NCBI RefSeq assembly: GCF_009914755.1 | Contig: NC_060945.1 | Source: the human T2T-CHM13v2.0 reference genome, Homo sapiens | Length of the DNA: 64,000 bases | Reading direction: 5' to 3' (one strand) | Shown here: in pieces, positions 18,814 through 36,719 of the stretch | How positions within the stretch are numbered: the stretch's first letter is position 1 | Layout of the letters: every line of letters begins with the position of its first letter | Translations under genes and position numbers: made by a program | Notes under the pieces: model-generated | What the model was told of the DNA's origin: nothing | Seen by the model: the letters and a program-made list of their open reading frames with translations, nothing else | Database searches by the model: none

Positions 18814-20610
18814 TTATTATCATTATCAGGTATTATGTTCTGTAAGTAATTATATGTGCTAGAAGCCTGGCAGCACAATAGGTCTGTTTTCACCAGCATC
18901 AGCACAGACATGTGAGTAATGAATTGTGCAATGATATTACATTGACAATGACATCACTAGGAAACAGGAATTTTTCAGCTCCATTACAATCCTACAGGAC
19001 CAATATGTGGTCCACCATTTACTGAAATGTATTTACATGGTGCATGACTGTAAAATTACTAGTCTTCAAAAATCAGTTGTATCTTCAACATTTCCTACCT
19101 CTGCAAAATGCATCACCATTCTCCCAGTTACCCAGGCTTAAAACCTCAGAATTCTATCAAATTATTTCATTTCCTTACATCTCATGTTTAATTAGTCACT
19201 GATTCCCATCAATTTTCCCCTATCATGTTTAATAGTACCAACACATTATTTCTCTTAGAAAAACATTTTTCTAGTTTAAGATCTTAATTTAGCCTATTTT
19301 AAAAAAATCTCAAAGTTTTCCATACAGTCTTTATTTCTTATTTCTTAAAATATTTTCTACATTTTTATACAACTAACCTTTCTAAAGCATAAATATCTCA
19401 CTTTGTCACTTGTATGCCCCCCCAAAAAACAAAAAAAAATATCTTCTTGGTCTAGAAAGTAAAATTATAATGCTTGGCATAATGTAGACAGAAATTCCCA
19501 TTTATCCTTTTTCTCCTTTGCCCCCACACTTTTCTTCCATGTTCACATCAGTACCTAATCTCCCAGACATATGGAATTCATTGTTTCATGAATAAAGCCA
19601 ACACATTCTAACTACCATGCATTTAGTCAAACCATCTGTCCACCTGGAATTTCCTACCATCCCCCATAAAATTTAAATTAAAAAATTCCACTGTTCTGTC
19701 CTCTCTGAAGATGTCCCTGAACCTTTACTGAAACTCATTGACATATCCTTTGGTTCCCGCAGCCTTTATTGTATATGTCATAATTTAGCACATACATTAC
19801 TCTGCCATACATTTTAGTAAGTTAATGACCTGTCTCTTTTCACTGATAAAACAGTGTCAGGATTTTTTCATTTTTGTATTCCCTACTGGTCCACAGAGTG
19901 CTATGAACATATAATTTGCTAAGTTAATTTTAAATTGACTTAAACTTACTGGTGAATTCACCGATTAACTGTTCTTTTCCAGTATTACTCTTAGAAATGT
20001 CCTTTCCTTGATATATTTTATGTTCTAAAAAATTAATTTCATTTTAAGAATCACATCCTCCAAAACAAAAGAAACAAAAGCTCCCATACAATTCTAATGA
20101 TAGTTATAGGTAACATTAAAAAATGGCATACCAACTGTAAAAACCAAAAACAAAAAAACAAACAAAAACAAACAAACAAACAAAACAATTCCCATGAAAG
20201 CCAGAGGCAAACAATGCAAATTTTAATGTCAATATTGTCATTTTTTCCTAGGTTAGGGGACAATATAACCACATTTATAAACTTATTCTTTTTGTCTATC
20301 CTCATGTTGACCTCACACATAGCATATTATGCCATTAAAACAACAAAAAAAGGAGAAAATGCTATATTGAAATCCAGTATTTTCTTACAACAATTCCTTA
20401 CTGTGAATTGTGAATGAAAATTAAATTCTTTAATCACTAGGAAAGACTCTGAGTGTGAGAGTGTTTCTTTCAGCTGATATAAACATTGATAAGATCAAAG
20501 CTTGCTCTAAATTTTCTGTCTTACCAGGTCTTGACTGAATCTCAGAACAAAATCCTGTAGTTTCTCTTTATTTCAGATAAACCTTTGATCTTTTAAAAAT
20601 ATAGGCACAT

Positions 20611-21950
<1,340 letters not shown>

Positions 21951-22018
21951 ATATGTTACTTTAAAAAAATAAGTTATTCATTTTAGTTTTCTTCTGTTGC
22001 TAACGATCATTTCTATTT

Positions 22019-23033
22019 TGTAGGGAAAAGGAAGAGGGATCAGACTGTTACTGTGTCTATGTAGAAAGGGAAGAGATAATAAATTCCATTTTTACCTGTA
22101 CCTTGAACAATTGCTTTGTCCTGAGATTCTGTTAATCTGTAACTTTGCCCCAATCACTGTGCCCCAACCTCTTTGCCCCAACCTTGAGCTCACAAAAACA
22201 TGTGTTGTATGGAATCAAGGTTTAAGGGATCTAGGGCTGTGCCTTGTTAACAAAATGTTTACAAGTAGTATGCTTGGTAAAAGTCATCGCCATTCTCTAG
22301 TCTCGATAAACCAAGGGCACGCTGCACTGCGGAAAATGGCAGGGACCTCTGCCCTGGAAAGCCGGGTATTGTCCAAGGTTTCTCCCCATGTAATAGTCTG
22401 AAATATGCCTCATGGGATGAGAAAGACCTGATCATCCCCCAGCCCAACACCCATAAATGGTCTGTGCTGAGGTGGATTAGTAAAAGGGGAAAGCCCTTGC
22501 AGTTGAGATAGAGGAAGGCCACTGTCTCCTGCCTGCTCCTGGGAATGGACTGTCTCGGTATAAAACCCGATTTTACATTTGTTCAATTCTGAGATAGGAG
22601 AAAAACCACCCTATGGTGGGAGGCAAGACATGTTGGCAGCAATGCTGCTTTATTGTTCTTTACTCCACTGAGATGTTTGGGCAGAGAGAAACATAAATCT
22701 GGCCTACGTGCACATTCAGGCATAGTACCTCCCCTTGAACTTAATTATGACACAGATTCTTCTGCTCACATGTTTTTTTGCTGACCTTCTCCCTATTATC
22801 ACCCTGCTCTCCTACCACATTCCTCTTGCTGAGATAATGAAAATAATAATCAAGAAAAACTGAGGGAACTCAGAGGCCGGTGCTGGTGCAGGTGCTTGGT
22901 ATGCTGAGCGCTGGTCCCCTGGACTCACTTTTCTTTCTCTATACTTTGACTCTGTGTCTTATTTCTTTTCTCAGTCTCTCATCCCACCTGACTAGAAGTA
23001 CCCACAGGTGTGGAGGGGCTGGCCACCCCTTCA
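22019..23033 (+). mobile_element. Solo LTR5 (HERV-K HML-2, LTR5A/B-like)
   Basis: TGTAGGGAAAAG..GATCAGACTGTTACTGTGTCTATGTAGAAAG start and CCCACAGGTGTGGAGGGGCTGGCCACCCCTTCA end; 1015 bp; TATAAAA near 22559; TSD TATTT. Confidence 0.92.
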
Positions 23034-23247
23034 TATTTTCACTTAATTTACTCTGAATCTATGCCACTTTTGCATTTGAGGCTAATGTTTGTATTGAAGG
23101 AAAGGATAGCAAGTCAATTTACAATTGGATTTTTTCAATGTATAGAGTTACATGTTTACTAAAAGGAGTAGCCCTTAATTCTTTTTAAAAAGCCCATAGT
23201 AAGCAAGATGATTAACAATTTTTATATGAACAAATGTCTTACAATAT

Positions 23248-24029
23248 TTTAAACATCTAGAGAACACTGATACCGTCTTCACTTACTGACAATGGCATAT
23301 TATCAATTCACTTTTCCAAAGAGAAAGAAGTTACTTCTTTTGACTTAGATCTGACTTCTTAAACTGTCAAATGAAGTAGCTGAGTATAACTCACCACCTA
23401 CAACTTTGATATTTAGCCTCCTCTCTTCATTTGCTTTGTATTATATGTACTGTAGCCCTTACTTTAATATTTCTATATCTTACACATCTTTCTCTCTTAA
23501 AAATGTGCTTTCATTTAGATGAGAAATACAATTTTAAGGGAGAAGTTGACTCATGCCTAGTTCTGTATTTTTTTTTAATTGCTGATCTGTCCTGAGGAAA
23601 TTAATGTCGCCCTACTGGGTATGATGCTGTCCCTCTGGAGAGATTCCTGCAAGTTATGACCACTGGGGATTTTATAGGTGTCCACATTAAGCCTTTCACT
23701 GAGAGAAGAGATTAACTTGCAGTTGCCTCTCTGACAAATATATCTAAGAAATCAACATAATCTTTCAAAACCCTCTGGCTAATACTAGTTTGTAGCCACT
23801 ATTAATATAGTGGTTCTAAGTTTGTTCCAGGGTCTCAAAGCCTTAAATCATTTCATGATTATACTCAGTTATAACTCAGTAGCTGAGTTATACTCAGCTA
23901 CTTCATTTAACAGTTTAAGAAGTCAGATCTAAGTCAAAAGAAGTAACTTCTATCTCTTTGGAAAAGTGAATTGATAATATGCCATTGTCAATAAGTGAAG
24001 ATGGTATCAGTGTTCTCTAGATGTTTAAA
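23248..24029. repeat. Inverted repeat: 146-bp arms (23248-23393 and 23884-24029), 490-bp spacer
   Basis: The arms are reverse complements with 4 mismatches and no gaps, and are not Alu-derived. Confidence 0.93.
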
Positions 24030-24653
24030 TGTCTAGATGCAAATGTCAACATATAATGCTTACAAGGACATAACTGGGTGTTTCACACTATTATTTTAGT
24101 TTTAACCCACTTGATCCATCAAGTTATCTGTCATAGAGCAAATGAAAGGCCCCTTTAGAGAAGTCTCAGAATAAAAAATAGGCCTAGTTATGTTCGTTGG
24201 GAGAGAAGTAATTAAAGCATGGGTTTACATTTTCTGTCTATAAGAAATTGTCATTGTAGCTGTTGTTTGTTTCAAAATCTATGTACAGTTCTGACCCACC
24301 AACTGACAATGGCTGCCTGACTCTAACACTCTGGTGTGTTATTGTAAATTCCCTGAGTCTTCTTTATAGCAAGAGAAAAAATCAGGACATTCTGAAAGTA
24401 ATACACTGTGGATATTTACATGGCCAGAGTATAATTTTCTCTGCTTAATAATAAAACTTAATAATGAGCTTAATAATAAAACTCACATACAAATACAAAA
24501 TAAACCTGTGTCAAAATTTATTTCACTTATTCCTGAGGAAATCAGTAGGTGGGAAAGCTGGTTCCAGAACAAGTAAAAAAAAAAAATTACAGATTTTCTT
24601 TCCCCAAAAACAAGAAATGTTAGAATAAGACAACTATGTTAGAAGCAAAACTG

Positions 24654-24946
24654 GGCTGGGAGCGCTGGCCCACACCTGTAATCCCAGCACTTTGGGAGGC
24701 CAAGGCGGGCAGATCAGGAGGTCAGAAAATCGAGACCATCCTGACTAACATGGTGAAATCCGGTCTCTACTATAAATACAAAACCAAAATTAGCCGGGCG
24801 TGGTGGCCTGTAGTCCCAGCTACTCAGGTTGCTGAGGTAGGAGAATGGCGTGAACCCAGGAGGTGGAGCTTGCAGTGATCCCAGATTGTGCCACTGCACT
24901 CCAGCCTGGGCGACAGAGTGAAACTCCGCCCTGAAAAAAAAAAAAA
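24654..24946 (+). mobile_element. Alu (Y/Sc-like)
   Basis: Alu consensus; TSD AGAAGCAAAA(C/T)TG. Confidence 0.92.
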
Positions 24947-24954
24947 GAAGCAAA

Positions 24955-26530
<1,576 letters not shown>

Positions 26531-27068
26531 GAAAATTAAAAGACAAAAATATGTATTCCCAATTGCACTGTATTTTTTGTTATTAAGCATAAAATTTAAA
26601 CTTTATTAAACTTATTAGAAAAAGGGAATTGGAAATGTGATATAATGAAGTAATTCACAAAAATGTGTACAGTAAATGCACTCAAGAGCAGTTTTTCTGA
26701 CGTTTGATGAACTCCTATCAGTTGTGAATTAAAACTGATTAATATCCTTCATGGAAACAGATCCATAAGGTCTGGCATTGTCTTTTTCTACTAGAGAGAA
26801 ACCTAGAAATTATCACATAATCGCATAGCATCTAGGATCAAATCAACTAATACATGGCCAAGTCAAAAGAAAATGAAGTAATCTTTGGGTTAACCTTTTA
26901 GAGGATAGCTTTTAATAATGTAATATTACACTAAAAATACATGTTTTATGTCAGAGTTTTAGATACTTTTCCTTAGCAGTCCGCTATCACAAATATGTCC
27001 TCTGTTAGTGCTAATCCATAACTAACTCAGTTCCTTATTTTCATGTCAATAATCTCCAAGTGTTATTC

Positions 27069-27368
27069 TTTTTTTTTTTTTTTTTTTTTGAGACAGAGTC
27101 TGGCTCTGTCTCCCAGGCTGGAGTACAGTGGTATGATCTCGGCTCACTGCAGGCTCTGCCTCCGGGTTCATGCCATTCTCCTGCCTCAGCCTCCCGAGTA
27201 GCTGGGACTACAGGCGCCCGCCACCACGCCCAGCTAATTTTTTGTACTTTTAGTAGAGACGGGGTTTCACCGTGTTAGCCAGGATGGTCTCGATCTCCTC
27301 ACCACGTGATCCGCCCGCCTCAGCCTCCCAAAGTGCTGGGATTACAGGCGTGAGCCACTGGCTCGGCC
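27069..27368 (-). mobile_element. AluY
   Basis: CpG-rich AluY; TSD TCCAAGTGTTATTCTT. Confidence 0.93.
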
Positions 27369-27711
27369 TCCAAGTGTTATTCTTAATCAAAAAAAGAAAA
27401 AGTTTATCTGACTATATTCGACCCTGATTATTTATGTAGCTTCAGAAAGAGGAGTTAAACACATAGGTGAAGTCTTCCCTCCACCAGGTTCTAAAATGTA
27501 AGATTCATGGCCTTCTGAAAACACTCCCTTACCAATGTGAGGCTGGAACCATAGAACAGGTGGAGGACTTAGTAGGTATTGGCTCAACATTTAAAGTACA
27601 ATCTTTTTCCTTAATAGGTATTTTCATACCTTATAAACACATGTATGACCTTGGATGTCCAATTAAATCCCAGGAAAAAAGGACAGATTCTTGATGAAAC
27701 TAGGCAAATAA

Positions 27712-28025
27712 TGAGACAGCAAGTAAAAAGGGCTCCCCAGCAGAACCTCCGACCAGCTTGCACACTGACAGGAGTGCACACTGAGGTGGAGCCTCAGGAA
27801 GTTTGCAGCGGGGAGGAGCCTGGCCTCTTCTGTTCCAGGACGGAGGCTGGGATTCAATCTATGAGGCAGGAAGCTGGGTAGCAGGAGTCTCTGTTTCTCC
27901 TTTTTTCCCTTTTGCCCAATAAATTCCATTTTTCTTACCCTTCAAAGCGTCGGTGAGCCTAATATATCATGGCTGTGTGACAAGAACGCAGCTTTTAGCT
28001 GAACTAAGGAGAAAGTCTTACAATA
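27712..28025 (+). mobile_element. Solo MER61-like LTR (ERV1/MER4 group)
   Basis: TGAGACAGC start, GCAGCGGGGAGGAGCCTGGCC core, AATAAA, GCTGAACTAAGGAGAAAGTC end; TSD ATAA/ATAA. Confidence 0.75.
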
Positions 28026-28552
28026 ATAATATGTTGTCTTACAAGCATGGAGAGTCAGTACAAATATATTTTTCTGAATTCTCAGAGAAAAATAGAAATT
28101 AGACAGCGTTTGAAGGATGTATTTCACTTACAAGCTGTAGTATATAAAATTGAGGATCAGAGCTAGAAAAAGAAACTGTGTAATTATACTCCTTCTACTG
28201 GATGTTGAGTCAGTTTTTTGCTTTGATAAAATTATCTACCAATGAGGCAAAAAATAAATCCTTAAAACAATGAGATTTAAAAGTAAGTTGTTATGCTCAG
28301 TACTTTATAGGAGAACATTCAAGTAAGTGTCAGAGGAAAACAAAAACCACCTAGAGAAGCAACTAAATGGCTGTTTAATTTATATAGTAAACAATAATAT
28401 AAAAATGGAGAAGAATAAAATTCTGCATTAGGTTCAATACTATCTCATAAAGACTTGACCAATGTTTCACCTGGGGGCATATACCTCTCCAATTTCCTAT
28501 TACAGTCTCTAATCTGTGAGTTAAATGTCTACAGTTCCTAAACAATTCACCT

Positions 28553-28553
<1 letters not shown>

Positions 28554-28592
<39 letters not shown>

Positions 28593-28868
28593 GACAGAGT
28601 ATCCCTGTGTCACCAGGCTGGAGTGCAGTGGTGCGATCTTGGCTCACTGAAACCTCTGCCTCCTGGGTTCAAGTGATTCTCCTGCCTCAGCCTCCCGAAT
28701 AGAGGAGACTACAGGCATGCACCACAACGCCCAGCTAGTTTTTGTATTTTTAGTAGAGATGGGGTTTCACCATGGTGGCCACGATGGTCTCAATCTCTTG
28801 ACCTCCTGATGTGCCCACCTCAGCCTCCCAAAGTGCTGGGATTACAGGCGTGGGCCACCGCACCCCAC
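28554..28868 (-). mobile_element. Alu (AluSc-like) with long homopolymer tail
   Basis: About 39 uninterrupted T followed by Alu consensus. Confidence 0.92.
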
Positions 28869-29339
28869 CACCATTCATCTTAATATGTAAGATTATGTAA
28901 AATGAACTGAGAAGGCTGAGTCTTTTAGAATTGACCTCATGCAACTCACACAGATGTGTGGAACTAATGAAGAAATATGGGGCATACCAAAGAAGCCCAA
29001 TTTATTTTAGCCTCATCCATTTTATAAGGCAAAAATTGTCACAGTTTTTCTAGAGGTCACCTAGGAAATCTAAAAAATTCTTATTTTTCCCTAAAAATCA
29101 GAAAATATTTACTTTTTGGAATTTAAGATATAATTTCAGATGGGCAAAAATTAAGTGTTATCAGAGGAGATTTGGTCACTGTGATAAAGATAGGAATACA
29201 GGTACAGAGAAGAAAATGGTGGCAATAATCCCAATGACAATACAATATTCTAAAATAAGCATAGAAAAATATATCATAATTGTTAGAAAATGTATCCGTT
29301 TCATAATTAATTATGCTGTACAAATGTTTTTTTCTTATT

Positions 29340-29869
29340 TTTCTTTCTAGCTTCATTGAAGTATGATTGATAAATAAAAATTGTACATATTTAAGTTATA
29401 TAATATGATGTGATGTATGTATACATTGTGAAGTAATAGCCGCAGTCAATTAACATTTTCATCAACTTACAAAGTTACACTTTCTCTGTGTGTGTCTATG
29501 TGTGCTTGTATGGAAATACATAAGACCTACCCTGTTAGCAAAATTCAAGTATACAATACATTCTTATCAGCTGTAGCTACTATGCTATATATGTTAGGTA
29601 TCCAGAATTTATTCATCTTTTAACTAAAAGCATCTCCCCATTTTTCCTACCTTCTAATCCCTAGCATCTAATGAGTTTAAATTTTTTAGATTTCACAGAT
29701 AAATGAGATTATGCAGTATATTTGTCTTTCTGTGTCTGGCTTATTTTACTTAGCATTTTGTTCTCTCAGTCCATCAATGCTATCACAAATTTTAGGATTT
29801 CTTTCTTTTGTAAGGATGAATAATATTCCATTGTATGTATATGCCACATTTTCTTTATCCACTAATCTG

Positions 29870-29870
<1 letters not shown>
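29340..29870 (-). mobile_element. L1 (L1MA-like) 3' end
   Basis: ATAAATGAGATTATGCAGTATATTTGTCTTTCTGTGTCTGGCTTATTTTACTTAGCAT, typical of an antisense L1 3'UTR. Confidence 0.78.
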
Positions 29871-34400
<4,530 letters not shown>

Positions 34401-34427
34401 CAATTCGTGGGTTTTTGTTCATGATCC

Positions 34428-34547
34428 GGGATCCAGGAGTTGGGCCCTGGGGCTGGGCATTGTGTAGCCTCCGGGATGGTGCTGAGCATCCATTCCCACC
34501 CTCCTGCAGCTGGGGACCCATCCCTTGACTTGGGACCCCTGGAGGCA
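34428..34547 (-). repeat. Inverted, CpG-decayed copy of CpG-island segment 35955-36074
   Basis: Gap-free 120-nt alignment to the reverse complement, roughly 80% identical by eye. Confidence 0.88.
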
Positions 34548-34674
34548 AGAACATGGTCACCCACTTTAATCACATGGTCCCTATCACATAATCAGAGGGC
34601 GCTGTGGGTTTTAACTCTTCAAGCTAGATGTGTAAACAATTCGACATAGATAAGATATAGTGACTAGAAGTCTT

Positions 34675-35062
34675 TTATTTATTTTGAGAGAGAGTCTCTG
34701 TTGCCCAGGCTTGGAGTGCAGTGGCACAAACAATCAAACAATAACCAAAATCCAGAAGAATGAAAAGGTCAAATGCTGTCAAGGATGGGGAGCAACAGGA
34801 CCTCTCATTCCTTGTTTGTGGCACAATCAGTTTACTGTACCCACGAACTCCCAGGCCCAAGTGATCATGCCACAATCAATCTCCCAAGTAGCTGGGGCCA
34901 CAGGCATGCACCACCATGCCTGGCTGATTGGTTTTATTTTTATAGAGATAAAGTTTCCCTGTGTTGTCTAAGCTGGTCTCAAACTCCTGGGATCAAGTGA
35001 TCCTCCTATCTCGGTCTCCCAAAGTGCTGTAAGTACAGGCATGAGGTCCTGCACCCAGCCTG
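34675..35062 (-). mobile_element. AluJ-like element interrupted by an 88-nt insert
   Basis: Diverged Alu; insert 34730-34817 flanked by GTGGCACAA. Confidence 0.8.
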
Positions 35063-35436
35063 GAAGTCTTTATAGATAAGTTCAATTTAACTGTTTCTCC
35101 ATCTGATCCACTCAGCCGAGTTTCCCTCTCAGTCCAAGGGTGAGAACTGCAGCTCAGCCCCATCCAGGATGGCTGCAGATGACCCAGCGCCACTGCCATA
35201 CTCCAGATGCTGGTCAACGAGGAAGGGATCCTGAGGCCTGGCAGCGGGCGCTCTCAGGAACCTTGAAGCCCTCTAAACGGGACCCGCCATCCGTGCCTGT
35301 CAGAACTGGTGCCGCTACCTGCACTTGGCACACAGGCAAATATGGCCAAGCAACCCCAAACTCCCCTCTTCCCCTCTGGGCCCAGGCGGCGCTGAACCTG
35401 CTGCTCAGCCGCATCCTGGCGACTGCACAGTGCCCA

Positions 35437-36010
35437 GAGCCTGCAAACCAGCGCTCAGGGCGCGAGCCAAGGAAGAGCAGGGCCTAGAGTGGGAGGGCGT
35501 GTGCCACACGGCTACCCTAAGGCCGTCGGGCCCAGCCCTGCAGCCTCTACCGTGGGCTCAGCTGCAGCTGGCATTTGAAGGTGGCAGCAGCGGTGGCAAC
35601 CCCAGAACCTGTCCGCGCCACCAGCAGGCGAACCCCAGGGTCGGACACCGCCACTGCGCCTAAGTCAGGCAGTGGGACCTCAGTTGCAGGATCGTGGGAA
35701 CCTGCTGCAAAGCCTCGTCGCCGCAGCTGTACAGGGCCCAGTGGTCGCAAGCCTGCGCTGCCAGCGCGAGCCGAGGAAGAGCAGAGCCCCGGGTGGAAGG
35801 GCGATGTACTCGGCGATGCTCAGCGGTCTGGGCCCAGCCCTGTAGCCTCTACCATGGGCTCAGCTGCAGCTGCCACCTGAACATGGCACGTGGCAGAAGA
35901 GGCTGCAACCCTGACCCTGCCAGCGCCACCAGCCGCGCGGATACTTGGGCCAGAAGCCTCCAGGGAGCCTAAGTCAGGGGTTGGGTCCCTGGCTGCAGGA
36001 GGCCGGGAAC
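35437..36010 (+). repeat. Diverged ~300-bp tandem duplication within the CpG island
   Basis: CGCGAGCCAAGGAAGAGCAG (35461) vs CGCGAGCCGAGGAAGAGCAG (~35766). GGGCCCAGCCCTGYAGCCTCTACCRTGGGCTCAGCTGCAGCTG and GCCTAAGTCAGG recur at the same ~305-nt period. Confidence 0.8.
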
Positions 36011-36260
36011 CGACGCTCAGCGCCACCCTGGAGGCTGCACGATGCCCAGCGCCAGGGCCCAGCTCCTGGATCTCAGGTTGAGGAGGGGCCAGGAGCGGCT
36101 CTGTCAAGCAGGCCATGTGGCAGGGAGCCCCCCACGTTCCGCTGTAAGGAGCCCTGCCAGCCCGATAGCGCCTCAGTAGCAGGTGCCACCTGCACGCCGT
36201 GCTGGGCGAAGCGCAGCCAGGGCGGTTTCCTGCCTCGCGTGCCTCCCAGGTCTGCTGAGT

Positions 36261-36272
36261 TGCGCATGCGCT
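36261..36272. promoter_or_regulatory. NRF1-type motif
   Basis: TGCGCATGCGCT against consensus TGCGCATGCGCA, ~240 nt upstream of the ATG. Confidence 0.65.
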
Positions 36273-36274
36273 GT

Positions 36275-36337
36275 TGCCTAACGGTTCTGCTCAGCTGCCT
36301 AACGGTTCTGCTCAGCTGCCTAACGGTTTTGCGCAGC
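36275..36337 (+). repeat. 3 x 21-bp tandem repeat, each unit carrying a MYB-type site (TAACGG)
   Basis: TGCCTAACGGTTCTGCTCAGC x2 followed by TGCCTAACGGTTTTGCGCAGC. Confidence 0.9.
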
Positions 36338-36502
36338 CATTTTCTCCCTGGAGAGGCTGGAGTGTCCAAAAGCTTGGCCGACTGAGATTGCTAGTCGTGT
36401 CAGGGCGGGTGCGGGACTGAAGAAGGGCGAGGGCGAGCGGCGGGGACTGGGGAAGGGCGAGCAGCGGGAGGCACGGGCTCTCTCTAGCAGGTGGCTGCAG
36501 CC

Positions 36503-36719
36503 ATGGAGAGGCTCTGTGCCGCCGCTGTCAAGGGCCAGACGGGCCCAGAGCGCCCAAGCCCCTTCAGTCAGCTGGTCTACACCAACAACGACTCTTACGT
36601 GATTCACCATGGGGATCTCAGGAAGATCCACAAAGCTGCCTCCCGGGCCAAGCCTGGAAGCTGGAGAGGATGATGAAGAAGACGACAATGGACCTGAACA
36701 TAAGAGATGCGAAGAAGAG
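36503..36719 (+). pseudogene. ANKRD30B-like exon 1, coding part, with 1-nt deletion at ~36645-36647
   Basis: GCAGCCATGG Kozak ATG at 36503; donor AG|GTACCA at 36720. Length 217 nt against the 218 needed. TCCCGGGCCAAG shifts frame to a TGA at 36671. Confidence 0.9.

Noticed and set aside
22111-22522. ORFs at 22.1-22.5 kb as a cellular gene
   Set aside because: Entirely within the LTR5 solo LTR.
36275-36337. 21-bp direct repeats as a CRISPR-like array
   Set aside because: Units are contiguous with no spacers, there are no cas genes, and the context is eukaryotic.
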